Assembly (NCBI RefSeq): GCF_965662665.1
Contig: NZ_CBFIIF010000012.1
Coordinates: forward strand, 3,098-67,097
Origin: Congregibacter sp.
GTDB lineage: Bacteria > Pseudomonadota > Gammaproteobacteria > Pseudomonadales > Halieaceae
Reading direction: 5' to 3'
DNA: 64,000 bases
The notes under the pieces are model-generated. The model made no database searches and was not told the DNA's origin. It saw only the letters and a program-made list of their open reading frames with translations. Positions within the stretch are counted from its first letter, which is position 1. Each line of letters opens with the position of its first letter. Below, piece by piece: positions 50,283-60,195 of this stretch. Made by a program: the position numbers and the translations under genes.

Positions 50283-50450
50283 TAGTGTGCTGTCCCCGCA
50301 GATACCGCTTGCTTCTGCGACCCTCTACTCAGCCCTCACTCAACGCAATACCTATTGTCAGAGGTCCCAATCGCTGGGGTATGATCGGCTGCATCTTTTA
50401 GCGACTGCGCGATGCCTTACCGCGGCAGCGCTGTTTCGAGGAGCACGCTT

Positions 50451-52508
50451 ATGAACCACTATCAGTCCCCACAGTCCTCTGATTCAAAGCCTCAGCGACA
50501 AACACAGCAAACCGTTTGCCCCCTGGACTGCGCAGACACCTGTAGCCTGGAGGTATCTACCGAAGGCGACACGCTCACTGCGGTACGTGGCGGAAAAGCG
50601 AATCCTTTCACTCGCGGCAAGATTTGCGCCAAAGTCGTGAACTCATTCCCTGGCCAGGTGCATGGTGATTTGCGCATTCGCACACCGTTGCTCAGACGCG
50701 CCAGCTTGGGGGGTAGCGACTTTCAGCCCATTAGCTGGGACCAGGCCCTGGACACCATCTTTGAGCGATTCACAGAGATACAGCAGCGCTGGGGCAGCGA
50801 AGCTATCGCGCCGCTGTACTACGGCGGCCCCATGGGAGTCCTTGCCGGCGGCAGTATGGATAGGCGATTTTTTAATCGGCTGGGTTCAAGCAAGATCAAC
50901 GCCTCAACCTTGTGTGCAGGTACGTCCAGTTCAGCCTGGGAGACAGTGTTTGGCGATGCGGGTGGCATAGACGTCGAAGAACTCGCAGACGCTCAGCTAA
51001 TCATTGTGTGGGGAAACAACATCACCACCTGCAACCTGCACCTCACAACGATTATTCGCGACGCGCAGAGGCGCGGCGCAAAGCTCGTGGTCATTGATCC
51101 CAAACGCATACGAATAGCGCGTGATGCAGATTTACATATCCCATTACTCCCGGGCTCCGACGTTGCGCTCGCCTATGCGGTCACGGCGTTGCTGGACGCC
51201 AGTGGCGATCTGGACGAAACCTTTATTCGTGATCACACCCACGGCGCTGAGCAGTTTCGAAGGGCTGCAAAGGAGTTCGGCCTGGAAAGAGCGTCTAGTC
51301 TTTGCGGTCTCGAATCAGCACAGATAGAGGATCTGGCTGATCTGTTTCGCCAACACCGACCTGCCGCTATGAGCATTGGCGTAGCGCCCGAACGCAATCG
51401 CAATGGCAGCGCCGGCATCCGAGCTGCTTTCTCTCTCATGGCGCTTACAGGAAACATCGGACCCAAAGGCGCGGGTATCTGTGATGTTTCGCGGTTCTTT
51501 CCTATGGACAAAGAGCGACTTGCCAGGCCTGATTTAGCGCCTGAGGGCCTTCGCGAAATTAACGTTCTGGATATTCCACGCTACGTGCTGGAGCCGGGAG
51601 ACGAGACACCGATCAAGGGGCTGTTTATCTACAACCACAATCCCGTCGCTGTGCATCCCCAGCAAGAGCGCATGCGCCAGGCACTGCTTAGTGACGAGGT
51701 GTTTGTGGTGGGCAGTGACGTGAGTATGACCGACTCTATGGCCTGCGCCGACCTGGTGCTGCCGGCCAGCACGCACTTCGAATATGGTGATGTGTACAAA
51801 GCCTATGGACACCGCTACCTCCAACGATCCCGTGCGGTGATCCCCGCTCAAGGTGAGTCCCTGAGTAACATGGAACTGTTTCGCCGTCTTGGACAGCGCT
51901 TTGGATTTAATGAATCCGCATTCAGCGATTCCGATGATGCGCTCGTGGAGCAGGCCTTTGCCTCTGTGAATGACGCTATTCCCGAGTTAGCTGATGGTAA
52001 GGCGCTGGACATGACGCCCTATGCCGATCCGGCGATGCTGCGCGGCGGTAGCGTCACTACACCCAGCGGTCGAATAGAACTGTTCAGCGAAACTATGGAG
52101 CAGCAATGCGGCCAGGGAGTGCCGCGCTATCTGGAGTCGCCAGACAAGCGGGATTTTGTTCTGGTGACACCCGCATCGGAGCTTCGCACCAACTCAACCT
52201 TTGGTGGTCTTGAGGAACAGAAACGTGACCTGGTGTGCGAGTTACATCGCAGCGATGCAAAAACTCACGGCATCGAAACCGGCGCGATGGTTGAACTCTA
52301 TAACGACCGCGCAAAAGTGCATCTTCCGGCGCTCGTCAGTGACGATGTTCGCCCCGGCACTCTGTATGTTCCAAAAGGTGCCTGGATCGTTGACTCCCCC
52401 ACGGGCTGCACCGTCAATGCATTGCTGCCCGGACATCAGGAGTCCGCCATTGGCGGGGCCTGCTACTACGACTGCGGTGTGGACATTCGCCTGGCATCAT
52501 CGGAGTAG
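50451..52508 (+). CDS. Molybdopterin-dependent oxidoreductase (DMSO reductase superfamily)
   Basis: CPLDCADTC...C.K Fe-S motif, WGNN, ADLVLPAST..E, TPSGRIE, C-terminal molybdopterin-binding domain. The start may be 50412. Confidence 0.9.
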   Translation: MNHYQSPQSSDSKPQRQTQQTVCPLDCADTCSLEVSTEGDTLTAVRGGKANPFTRGKICAKVVNSFPGQVHGDLRIRTPLLRRASLGGSDFQPISWDQALDTIFERFTEIQQRWGSEAIAPLYYGGPMGVLAGGSMDRRFFNRLGSSKINASTLCAGTSSSAWETVFGDAGGIDVEELADAQLIIVWGNNITTCNLHLTTIIRDAQRRGAKLVVIDPKRIRIARDADLHIPLLPGSDVALAYAVTALLDASGDLDETFIRDHTHGAEQFRRAAKEFGLERASSLCGLESAQIEDLADLFRQHRPAAMSIGVAPERNRNGSAGIRAAFSLMALTGNIGPKGAGICDVSRFFPMDKERLARPDLAPEGLREINVLDIPRYVLEPGDETPIKGLFIYNHNPVAVHPQQERMRQALLSDEVFVVGSDVSMTDSMACADLVLPASTHFEYGDVYKAYGHRYLQRSRAVIPAQGESLSNMELFRRLGQRFGFNESAFSDSDDALVEQAFASVNDAIPELADGKALDMTPYADPAMLRGGSVTTPSGRIELFSETMEQQCGQGVPRYLESPDKRDFVLVTPASELRTNSTFGGLEEQKRDLVCELHRSDAKTHGIETGAMVELYNDRAKVHLPALVSDDVRPGTLYVPKGAWIVDSPTGCTVNALLPGHQESAIGGACYYDCGVDIRLASSE

Positions 52509-52563
52509 GCTGCGCTGATAGGACGCCACCGAGAGCTCTGATCAGGAAGGCACGTCAACAACG

Positions 52564-52583
52564 TGCCGATATCGGCATTTTTT
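52564..52583 (+). terminator. Probable intrinsic terminator
   Basis: tgccgat/atcggca followed by a T-run, between convergent genes. Confidence 0.5.
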
Positions 52584-54765
52584 ATGCGGTCACACTGCGG
52601 CGCAGCTTAACGGGAATAGACTTAAATCGTGGCGTTTGACTCCGAGGGTCTCGCTCTCGGTCCGTAAGCACATTAGCCTCGGGATAGTAGGCCAGCAGAC
52701 TTCCCATTGGCAGATTGAAGGGCTGGGCACTAAGGCCGAGCATTTCGCCGTGGGCCGAGAGCACATCCACTCGATCTCCAGCAGATAGCTTCAATGCGGC
52801 AAGATCGTCCGGGGATACCAGCACCGACCGGCGATCAGCGCCGTAGCGATAGCTGTCCGTCTCTTCATAGATGATGCTGTTGAACTGTCCCTCGCTGCGA
52901 ACAGATGCGAGGAGAAAGGGATAGCTATCCGCTACTTCATTTACCGTCGGCAGTGCGTGAACGCGAAACTGCGCTTTTGCAGTGGGTGTATGAAACACAG
53001 GTTCGTGCATCAATCGATCCCTAACATGGAACTCTTTTTTGGCGACTCCAATATCTTTGAGCGCCTCCATGCCGGGCACTGTTCGGGCGATCACCTGGCG
53101 AACGTTCTCATGACTCGCAAAGCGTTCAAAGTCCACCACCGAGCTAGGTATCAAACGCTGTCCTAGCTCGGACAGTATCCTAACCTCCGAATGCACCTCT
53201 GGAAGGCGATGAATACCTCCATCACTCAAGCGTACAAAGTTGAACATCGATTCCTGTGTTGTGGACTGCTCCTCTTCATCGCGCGCCGCCACAGGCAATA
53301 TCAACAAATCGCCCGCAACACCGTGCAAGTGCCCTTGATTCAAAGTCGTCGTTAAGTGAATACGCAGGCCGATGCGATCCATCGCCTGCGCCGCCCATGC
53401 TGAATCTGGGGTCGCAGCGTATAGATTGCCGCCCACCACGCAGGCCACATCGATATCGCCTTGGTCTGCTGCTTCCAGCGCGGCAAGAGTATCGAAGCCC
53501 GGAGTATCCGGCAGACTTACGCCCAGCTCACGCTCGATATTGTCGAAGACATCCTCCGCCAACACCGGCTTTACACCGATAGTGCCAATACCCTGCACAT
53601 TGCTGTGACCACGCAGCGGCAGCAGTCCGGCAAAGCGCCTACCCATCATCCCTCTGAGGAGCGCGAGATTCGCGATGTACTCCACATTCTCGCTACCAAA
53701 GCGGTGATGGGTCATGCCCATGCCCCAGGCGAAAACCGCGTTACTGCTGCGTGCATACACGGTGGCCACGCGCTCGAGTTCCAGCCGGCTCAGTCCGGAC
53801 TCCGTACTAATTTCATCCCAGGTCGTGGCCGCAAGATCGTCGCGGAATTCGGCCCAGCCCTGGCAATGGTCATCAATGAAGGGGGTGTTCTGCGCCTCTA
53901 AGGCAAGCACCGCCTTGGCAAGACCTTTAAGCGCCGCCAGGTCGCCACCAATCCTGGGCTGCAAGTACTGTGAGGCTATCTCCGTACCGCCGCTGATCAT
54001 GGAGCGCGCGCTTTTAGGCGCAGCAAAGCGAACCAGGCCAGGTTCCTTGGCGGGATTCACGACAATGACTTCCCCGCCCCGCTCTCGACAGGCGATGAGC
54101 TTGTGAACAAAGCGCGGATGGTTAGACGCCGGGTTAGCACCGAAAACGAAGATCAGGTCGCATCCATTTAAATCGTCAAGCTCTACCGTCGATGTGCCCG
54201 TGCCTATGGTTGAACCCAGGCCGACACTGGTCGCCTGATGACAATAAAAAGAACAGTTATTGACGTTGTTCGTGCCCCATAACCGAGCCAGCAGCTGCAG
54301 CACGAAGCCCGACTCATTGGATGAGCGGCCCGACGAGTAAAAAAAAGCCCGATGAGGATCCGTATCGGCCATGCGCGCGCTGGCAATATCCATGGCCGCA
54401 TCCCAGGACAGTTCTTCAAAGTGGCTGGCACCGGCGGGCTTGTAAACGGGACGCCCCAAACGTCCTGCGTGCTCAAGTTCCTTCGCCGTCAACTCACGTA
54501 TTTCGTCCAGGGAATGAGAAAAAAACTGGGAGGGAATCGCCGTTTGCACATCCGTCGATTGCGCCTGCACGCTTTTGTTGCATACCGAGGGGAACTCCCC
54601 GGCCTCATTGGTCATGCCGCCAAGCTGCCCTCCCATACCCAGCCCGCAGGCTTTACAGGCGTTTTTGGCACGCAAAGCCTTGGCTGAATTGGCAAGCCCC
54701 ATACGCCTGACGGTGTTCAGCGTATAAAGAACCTTCTTTGCTCCGCCGCCAACTATCTCACTCAT
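52582..54765 (-). CDS. FdhF/YdeP-family molybdopterin oxidoreductase
   Basis: CKAC, YSSGRSSNE, NNCSFYCH, NPASNHPR, WGMGMTHH, LRGHSNVQG, RSEGQFNS. Confidence 0.92.
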   Translation of the reverse strand: MSEIVGGGAKKVLYTLNTVRRMGLANSAKALRAKNACKACGLGMGGQLGGMTNEAGEFPSVCNKSVQAQSTDVQTAIPSQFFSHSLDEIRELTAKELEHAGRLGRPVYKPAGASHFEELSWDAAMDIASARMADTDPHRAFFYSSGRSSNESGFVLQLLARLWGTNNVNNCSFYCHQATSVGLGSTIGTGTSTVELDDLNGCDLIFVFGANPASNHPRFVHKLIACRERGGEVIVVNPAKEPGLVRFAAPKSARSMISGGTEIASQYLQPRIGGDLAALKGLAKAVLALEAQNTPFIDDHCQGWAEFRDDLAATTWDEISTESGLSRLELERVATVYARSSNAVFAWGMGMTHHRFGSENVEYIANLALLRGMMGRRFAGLLPLRGHSNVQGIGTIGVKPVLAEDVFDNIERELGVSLPDTPGFDTLAALEAADQGDIDVACVVGGNLYAATPDSAWAAQAMDRIGLRIHLTTTLNQGHLHGVAGDLLILPVAARDEEEQSTTQESMFNFVRLSDGGIHRLPEVHSEVRILSELGQRLIPSSVVDFERFASHENVRQVIARTVPGMEALKDIGVAKKEFHVRDRLMHEPVFHTPTAKAQFRVHALPTVNEVADSYPFLLASVRSEGQFNSIIYEETDSYRYGADRRSVLVSPDDLAALKLSAGDRVDVLSAHGEMLGLSAQPFNLPMGSLLAYYPEANVLTDRERDPRSQTPRFKSIPVKLRRSVTA

Positions 54766-54920
54766 CGTTTTCCCGACCTGCCAACTTTGGCACTGACAGC
54801 ACCAGAAATACCTAAGCCACAGTGGCTCAGGGCGTGTTCCTCAGCTATGCTCAAAAATCGTTCTATGACATCCCCCTGAAGGGTGATTTCACTCGTCGCA
54901 AGTAGAGACGATAGTAAACA

Positions 54921-54945
54921 AAGACTGTAGGAAGTACACAGTCTT
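54921..54945. promoter_or_regulatory. Inverted repeat AAGACTGT-N9-ACAGTCTT in a divergent promoter region
   Basis: Perfect 8-bp inverted repeat between the FdhF/YdeP gene and the omega-aminotransferase gene. Confidence 0.45.
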
Positions 54946-55009
54946 CGACATCTTAGTTTTCGGTAGTAGATATCCGTCGGAGTTCTCTATTCGACGCGGG
55001 AGTTAGCAC

Positions 55010-56374
55010 ATGACAAGCATCGAAAAACCCCTGGAACATTCGGCATCCGGCCTCACGGATACCATCACCACCGCCGGCCTTGATGCACACTGGATGGCCT
55101 ACTCCGGCAATCGTCAGTTTAAAAAGGACCCGCGCATTATCGTGGGTGCAGATGGAATCTATTACATCGACGACAAAGGTCGGAGGATCATGGATGGCCT
55201 ATCTGGTCTGTGGACCTCGGGCCTTGGCCACAACCGCCCGGAGATTGCCGACGCGGTAAACCAGCAATTGCGAACGCTGGATTACTCCCCTGCTTTCCAG
55301 TTTGCGCAGCCCAAATCTTTTCAACTTGCCGAGCGCCTCCGTAAGCTCATGCCCGAGGATCTGGATTACGTGTTTTTTACCGGCTCGGGTTCGGAGTCTG
55401 CAGATACCTCTCTAAAAATGGCCCGGGCTTACTGGCGCCTGAAAGGCCAGCCCAGCAAAACGCGGCTCATCGGGCGTATCAAGGGGTACCACGGCGTAAA
55501 CTTTGGTGGAATATCCGTAGGCGGCATCGCAGCGAATCGCAAGATGTTTGGCCAGGGGATAGAAGCAGATCACCTTTCACACACAATGATTCCCGAGAAT
55601 CAGTTCCAGCGGGGCATGCCTGAACACGGCGCCCATCTGGCAAACCAGCTCCTGGAAATGATCGCCTTGCACGACGCCAGCAACATAGCTGCCGTGATCG
55701 TAGAACCCATGGCAGGTTCTGCCGGCGTTCTACCCCCGCCCGTGGGCTACCTAAAGCGCTTGCGGGAAATCTGCACCGAACACAATATTTTGCTGATCTT
55801 TGATGAGGTGATCACCGCCTTTGGTCGCTGCGGAGCAATGACGGGCGCCGACGCTTTTGGCGTTGTGCCGGATATTTTGAATACGGCCAAGCAGATTACC
55901 AATGGCGCCATCCCCATGGGCGCGGTCGTCGCCCGAAAGGAAATCTACGATACCTTCATGAATCAAGACACGCCCGAGCACCTGCTTGAGTTCTTCCATG
56001 GCTACACCTACTCGGCGCACCCTGTGGCCTGCGCTGCAGCACTCGCAACACTGGACGTGCTGGAGCAAGAGGCGCTGCCACAACGAGTAGCCGAAAAAGC
56101 TCCTGTTCTCGAAGCGGCAATCCATGCGCTCCACGGAGTACCTGGCATCAGCGATATCCGGAACTATGGTTTTGCGGCTGCGATCACTCTGGAGCCGAAA
56201 AATGGTGATCCGACACTGCGACCCTTTGAAGTGGGTATGCGCATGTGGGAGAAAGGTTTCTACGTTCGCTACGGCGGCGACACGATTCAGCTTGGCTTGC
56301 CATTTGTTATTCAGGATCAAGAAATAGAGCAGCTCTGCACTGCTCTTGGTGATGCAGTCCGGGAAACAGCCTAG
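55010..56374 (+). CDS. Omega-amino acid (beta-alanine):pyruvate aminotransferase
   Basis: HWM..S.NRQFK..PR, SGLW, SGSES.DT, LIFDEVIT.FGR, TAKQITNG, HGYTYSAHP. Confidence 0.92.
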   Translation: MTSIEKPLEHSASGLTDTITTAGLDAHWMAYSGNRQFKKDPRIIVGADGIYYIDDKGRRIMDGLSGLWTSGLGHNRPEIADAVNQQLRTLDYSPAFQFAQPKSFQLAERLRKLMPEDLDYVFFTGSGSESADTSLKMARAYWRLKGQPSKTRLIGRIKGYHGVNFGGISVGGIAANRKMFGQGIEADHLSHTMIPENQFQRGMPEHGAHLANQLLEMIALHDASNIAAVIVEPMAGSAGVLPPPVGYLKRLREICTEHNILLIFDEVITAFGRCGAMTGADAFGVVPDILNTAKQITNGAIPMGAVVARKEIYDTFMNQDTPEHLLEFFHGYTYSAHPVACAAALATLDVLEQEALPQRVAEKAPVLEAAIHALHGVPGISDIRNYGFAAAITLEPKNGDPTLRPFEVGMRMWEKGFYVRYGGDTIQLGLPFVIQDQEIEQLCTALGDAVRETA

Positions 56375-56375
56375 C

Positions 56376-57089
56376 CTATTGCTGCATCCCCACGTGGTTT
56401 TGCCCGTAGCTAAAAGAGACGATGCGACTGAGTGCCGACAGGGAGCGACCGGATTGGGATTGCAGTTCGTTGAAAAAATCCTGCGTGGCCTGGAGAGACT
56501 TTTTGCTGGTCAGCCCGCCGTCTATAACACCGCGGTTGCGCAAAAAGCCTTCGACATCCTGCGTCAGCAAAAAGCTGTCCACGCCTAAAGTTCGCAGAGC
56601 ATAGGGCCCTGTGTTCCCCCCCAGGCGATGGCCATGTTTTTTTAGATAGAGCCACAGGCCGATCACATCCTCAGTCGGCCAGTCAGCAATAAAGCGACCA
56701 AAGCTCTTGCCTTCGCGACGTTCGGTCTCGGCAATCATCGCCGCATTCTCACGCACAGTTTTCACTTTGGTGTAGTTGCGGATAATCGCCGGATCCTTGG
56801 CTTTTCGCTCGAGCATGTCATCGGGCATCATCAGCAGGCGTTCGATATCAAAACCCCAAAATACCTCTTCGAAGTTATCCCACTTCTGGTTCACTACGCG
56901 CCAGACAAATCCCGACTGAAATATCTTGCGAGTAAACTCGGCGAGATATCGATCACTGGATAAGCTGCGTAACTTCGCTTTACTGAGGGGCTTGGGAAGT
57001 AAAGCATCCACCGCCGCCGGGCCGCCCTTGCGCTCACAGGCAAGCCCGTAGATGACTTCAAAGCTGAGGGGGTTTAGCTGCTTAGGCAT
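56376..57089 (-). CDS. DNA-3-methyladenine glycosylase I family protein
   Basis: IFQSGFVWRVV..KW..FEEVF.GFD, IIRN..KV, LKK.G.RLGG. Confidence 0.8.
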   Translation of the reverse strand: MPKQLNPLSFEVIYGLACERKGGPAAVDALLPKPLSKAKLRSLSSDRYLAEFTRKIFQSGFVWRVVNQKWDNFEEVFWGFDIERLLMMPDDMLERKAKDPAIIRNYTKVKTVRENAAMIAETERREGKSFGRFIADWPTEDVIGLWLYLKKHGHRLGGNTGPYALRTLGVDSFLLTQDVEGFLRNRGVIDGGLTSKKSLQATQDFFNELQSQSGRSLSALSRIVSFSYGQNHVGMQQ

Positions 57090-57101
57090 AAGAGCAAACG
57101 C

Positions 57102-57593
57102 TTACAGGAACTCGCCCCATCGCTCCAGATACACCTGCAACAACTCGATTCGTGTACCGTCCGGATCGACACAGGTAGCGACATCCGCCAGCCGTTCATG
57201 GCATTGCTGAGGTGGCGACAAAAACTCCACGCCAGCGTCCACCAGAGACTGATAGTCAGACGCTAAATCCTCGGATATCAGACAGATACGCACCACACCC
57301 AGGTCTTTGTTCTCGAGGGGATCGCGCTGATCAAGTCCACCAAACTCCGTAAGATCAAGCTTTGGAAATCCATCGTCTATCTGCATGATGCAGGCACGAC
57401 CCTTGGGGCTGCCGCTCACGCCGAGGGCAAGTGCACTGCCTTCATCGAGCGTGTTTTGCTGCTGAGAGTTTAAATTGAGGTAGGGAATGGTCGGCAAGAA
57501 TGTCTCAAAGCCGAGCTTCTGATAAAACGCGATGGACGCATCGAGATCACTCACGTTGATGTTGATGTGTCCCCAGGAAAACTTGCTAGCCAT
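57102..57593 (-). CDS. VOC/glyoxalase family protein
   Basis: HININVSDLDASIAFYQKLGF and DPDGTRIEL. Confidence 0.85.
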   Translation of the reverse strand: MASKFSWGHININVSDLDASIAFYQKLGFETFLPTIPYLNLNSQQQNTLDEGSALALGVSGSPKGRACIMQIDDGFPKLDLTEFGGLDQRDPLENKDLGVVRICLISEDLASDYQSLVDAGVEFLSPPQQCHERLADVATCVDPDGTRIELLQVYLERWGEFL

Positions 57594-57610
57594 AGTTAAC
57601 TTTCTCCGTG

Positions 57611-57643
57611 AAAAAATCGGCTCGGACCCGAAAGTCCGAGCCG
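57611..57643 (-). terminator. Intrinsic terminator after the TonB-dependent receptor
   Basis: cggctcggac/gtccgagccg 10-bp stem with T6 on the minus strand. Confidence 0.8.
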
Positions 57644-57652
57644 CATTATCAC

Positions 57653-60073
57653 CTAAACGTTAAACAATGCCTCTATCCCGTAGGTTCGCGGATCCGCTAT
57701 GCGGGCATAGGGTGTTCCAAAGGACGCGGCGGTGATCTGGCTGATGCCATTGAGGGATTTTTCGTCGAGGAGGTTACGACCCCAGAGCGCAATTTCCCAG
57801 CTCGCTTCGGAGTTAGTCCAGGCAACACGAGCATTAACCAGCGTAGTGTCGTCGGTGTAACCCTCAACTGACTCAAAGGCGGGATTGTAGTTGGGATCCT
57901 CAGGTGAGCGAGTGTTCTCCCGGAAGATGTACTCCCCCCGAACCAGCAACTCGCCGGTGGCAAATTGGGGCCGCCAGTCCAGGGTCATCGTGTAATCGTT
58001 CGCTGCATCATTTGATTCGTCAAAACGAGTAAGTTCCCCGTTAGCGTCATAAAACTCGCCGGAGGTCGTGTCCTCGGTTCTCCAGGTGGTGAGACCCGTG
58101 AGCAACAGATTCTCCGCTATCAGCCAGCTGGCATTAACCTCAAAGCCCTGCACGCCGGTGTCCACGTTAATTACCGTAGGAATGGCGTTGCCTTGTCCCG
58201 GAGGACGGGTCTCAACCGAGCGCTGACGACCGTCAACATTAAGTTCGAACAGCGCGAGCTGTAACCGCAATCGTCCTGAGAACAAGTCGCCTTTCAGGCC
58301 GAGCTCGATTTGATCGGACTCTTCCGGCGCCAGCGGCTGCTGCGATGACTCAATACCTAAAGAGTCAAAGCCACCCGCCTTGTATCCCGTGGAGTAAGAG
58401 GCATAGGTAATCAGCTCGTCACTCAGCTGATAAGACGCGACTAGGCGCCCCGTAGTCTTACTCCAGGAGTCGCTGGCTTCAAGGGGTGTTGTGGCAGCAG
58501 ACTCAAACTCACCAGTAGCCCCGGTAAAGATCTGGTTGCTGACGCCCGGGCGCAGCGACGCAAAGCTAGTGACTGGAATCAGCCAGCTGAAGTCTTTGTT
58601 GTCTTCGCTGTAGCGCAGACCCGCTGTCAGCGATAGCTGCTGGGTTAAGGCGTACTCCACATCCGCGTACACGCCATAGTTCTCAAACTCGCCCTCGTTG
58701 ATGATGGCTTCGTTCCAGACTGTGCCCGCAAAGGACGGGCCAAAGATAATCGGTGCACCAAAAGCACCCGACACCACGTCGTAGTACAGATCGCCCGTGT
58801 CGACGACTTCTTCTGGGGTCGCCGGAATACCAAGAGCATTTAGAAGAAATGCAAACTCATTGGGGTTCCAGATGTGATCGAAGGGTGTTCCGAGAGTGGC
58901 GTTGAGGTCCTGAGTCACCAAACGCGTGATGTAATCCGCTAGCGCGTTCGAGTCCGTGCGCTGAAAAGTGTCTTCCAGGCTGTAGGTCGCACCGAACACC
59001 GCGGCGACACGCTCGGTGTTGTAGTTAAACTGCAACTCACCGTAAAAGATGTCCGAGTCTTCGATGTTGTTAGTGTCGAAGTAACGCGTCGCATCAGCTG
59101 TGCCATCTTCCTCTTAACGGTTGGTCGTCTCAAACTGGCGATAGCTCGCAATAGCCGTCATGGACCACTCGTCGTTGAAGTCCTGAAACATCTTGCCGGT
59201 AACGCCGACCATATCGCGGGTCTCTTCACCCTCGATGACGTCGTTCTCGAAGTTACCGCTGTAAGGATCGGTATTCAGCGCGTAGGGGCTCAGACCCAGT
59301 GCCATGGGAGGCGCCTGATCAAAGTGATCAACGTCTATTGCCAGCTGGAACGCGGTTTGATCCGAAGGCTCCCAGCGCGCGGCGACGCGTGCTGCCCAGT
59401 TACCCTTCTCACCCGCGTCAAAACTTGCAGGGCCTTGATTGTCTGATATGCCATCTCGCTGGTTGAAAATGGCATTGGCGCGAACTGCGAAAGTATCACT
59501 CACCGGCACGTTCACCATGCCTTCCACTCGAGCAAGGTTGTAGTTGCCTGCACGGACGCGAGCAAAACCCTCGGTTTCAAAAGACGGTGCGTTGGGCACC
59601 AGGCTTACGACACCCGCCGCAGCGTTACGGCCGAACAGGGTTCCCTGGGGACCTTTGAGCACTTCAACGCGCTCCATGTCAGCAAAGGCGACCGTTGTGG
59701 CAGCGCGTGGCAAATAAACGCCGTCATAGAAAGTTGCAACGGATGGATCACCACCCGTTGAAATGTTCGGACTTGAGATACCCCGAACGGAATAGCCTGT
59801 TTGCGTAAAGGTATCGTCGCCGGCATCAAAGCCAACGATAAAGTCGTCGATATCCTGAAGTGTCAGTGCGCCAGTCTTAACGATGTCGCGCGCACTAAAC
59901 GTTCCGATGGCAATAGGTACATCGATAGCCTTCTGTTCGCGCTTTTGCGCGGTAACAACGACTTCCTCCAAAAGCCCTCCCCCGAGAAGGCTGTTGCTCT
60001 CCTGCGCCAGACTGCTTGCCGCAGCCACAGCAAGCGGCAATACCGCTAAATGGCGGTACTTTAAACCGGTCAT
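57653..60073 (-). pseudogene. TonB-dependent receptor interrupted by a single in-frame TAA (59114-59116)
   Basis: Signal peptide, TonB box EEVVVTAQKREQ, plug ERVEVLKGPQGTLFGRNA, C-terminal PRTYG..F. Both ORF pieces share one frame: TTNR*EEDGTADATRYFD. Confidence 0.88.
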
Positions 60074-60166
60074 GATCTCTCCCTTAAAGCGCTTTGCGCT
60101 ATTTCTTTTTGATGGCTGGTCGATATCTATCGATCGACAGCTTTAGTGAACTCTTGCGGTTGTCTT

Positions 60167-60185
60167 GGGGCGGCGAAGCCGCCCC
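60167..60185. other. Intercistronic GC-rich stem-loop
   Basis: ggggcggc-gaa-gccgcccc, just after the beta-helix gene stop. Confidence 0.6.
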
Positions 60186-60195
60186 TTGGATAGCT

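Noticed and set aside
59114-59116. Programmed readthrough or selenocysteine/pyrrolysine recoding
   Set aside because: The codon is TAA, not TGA or TAG, and TAA is used as a normal stop elsewhere in the window.
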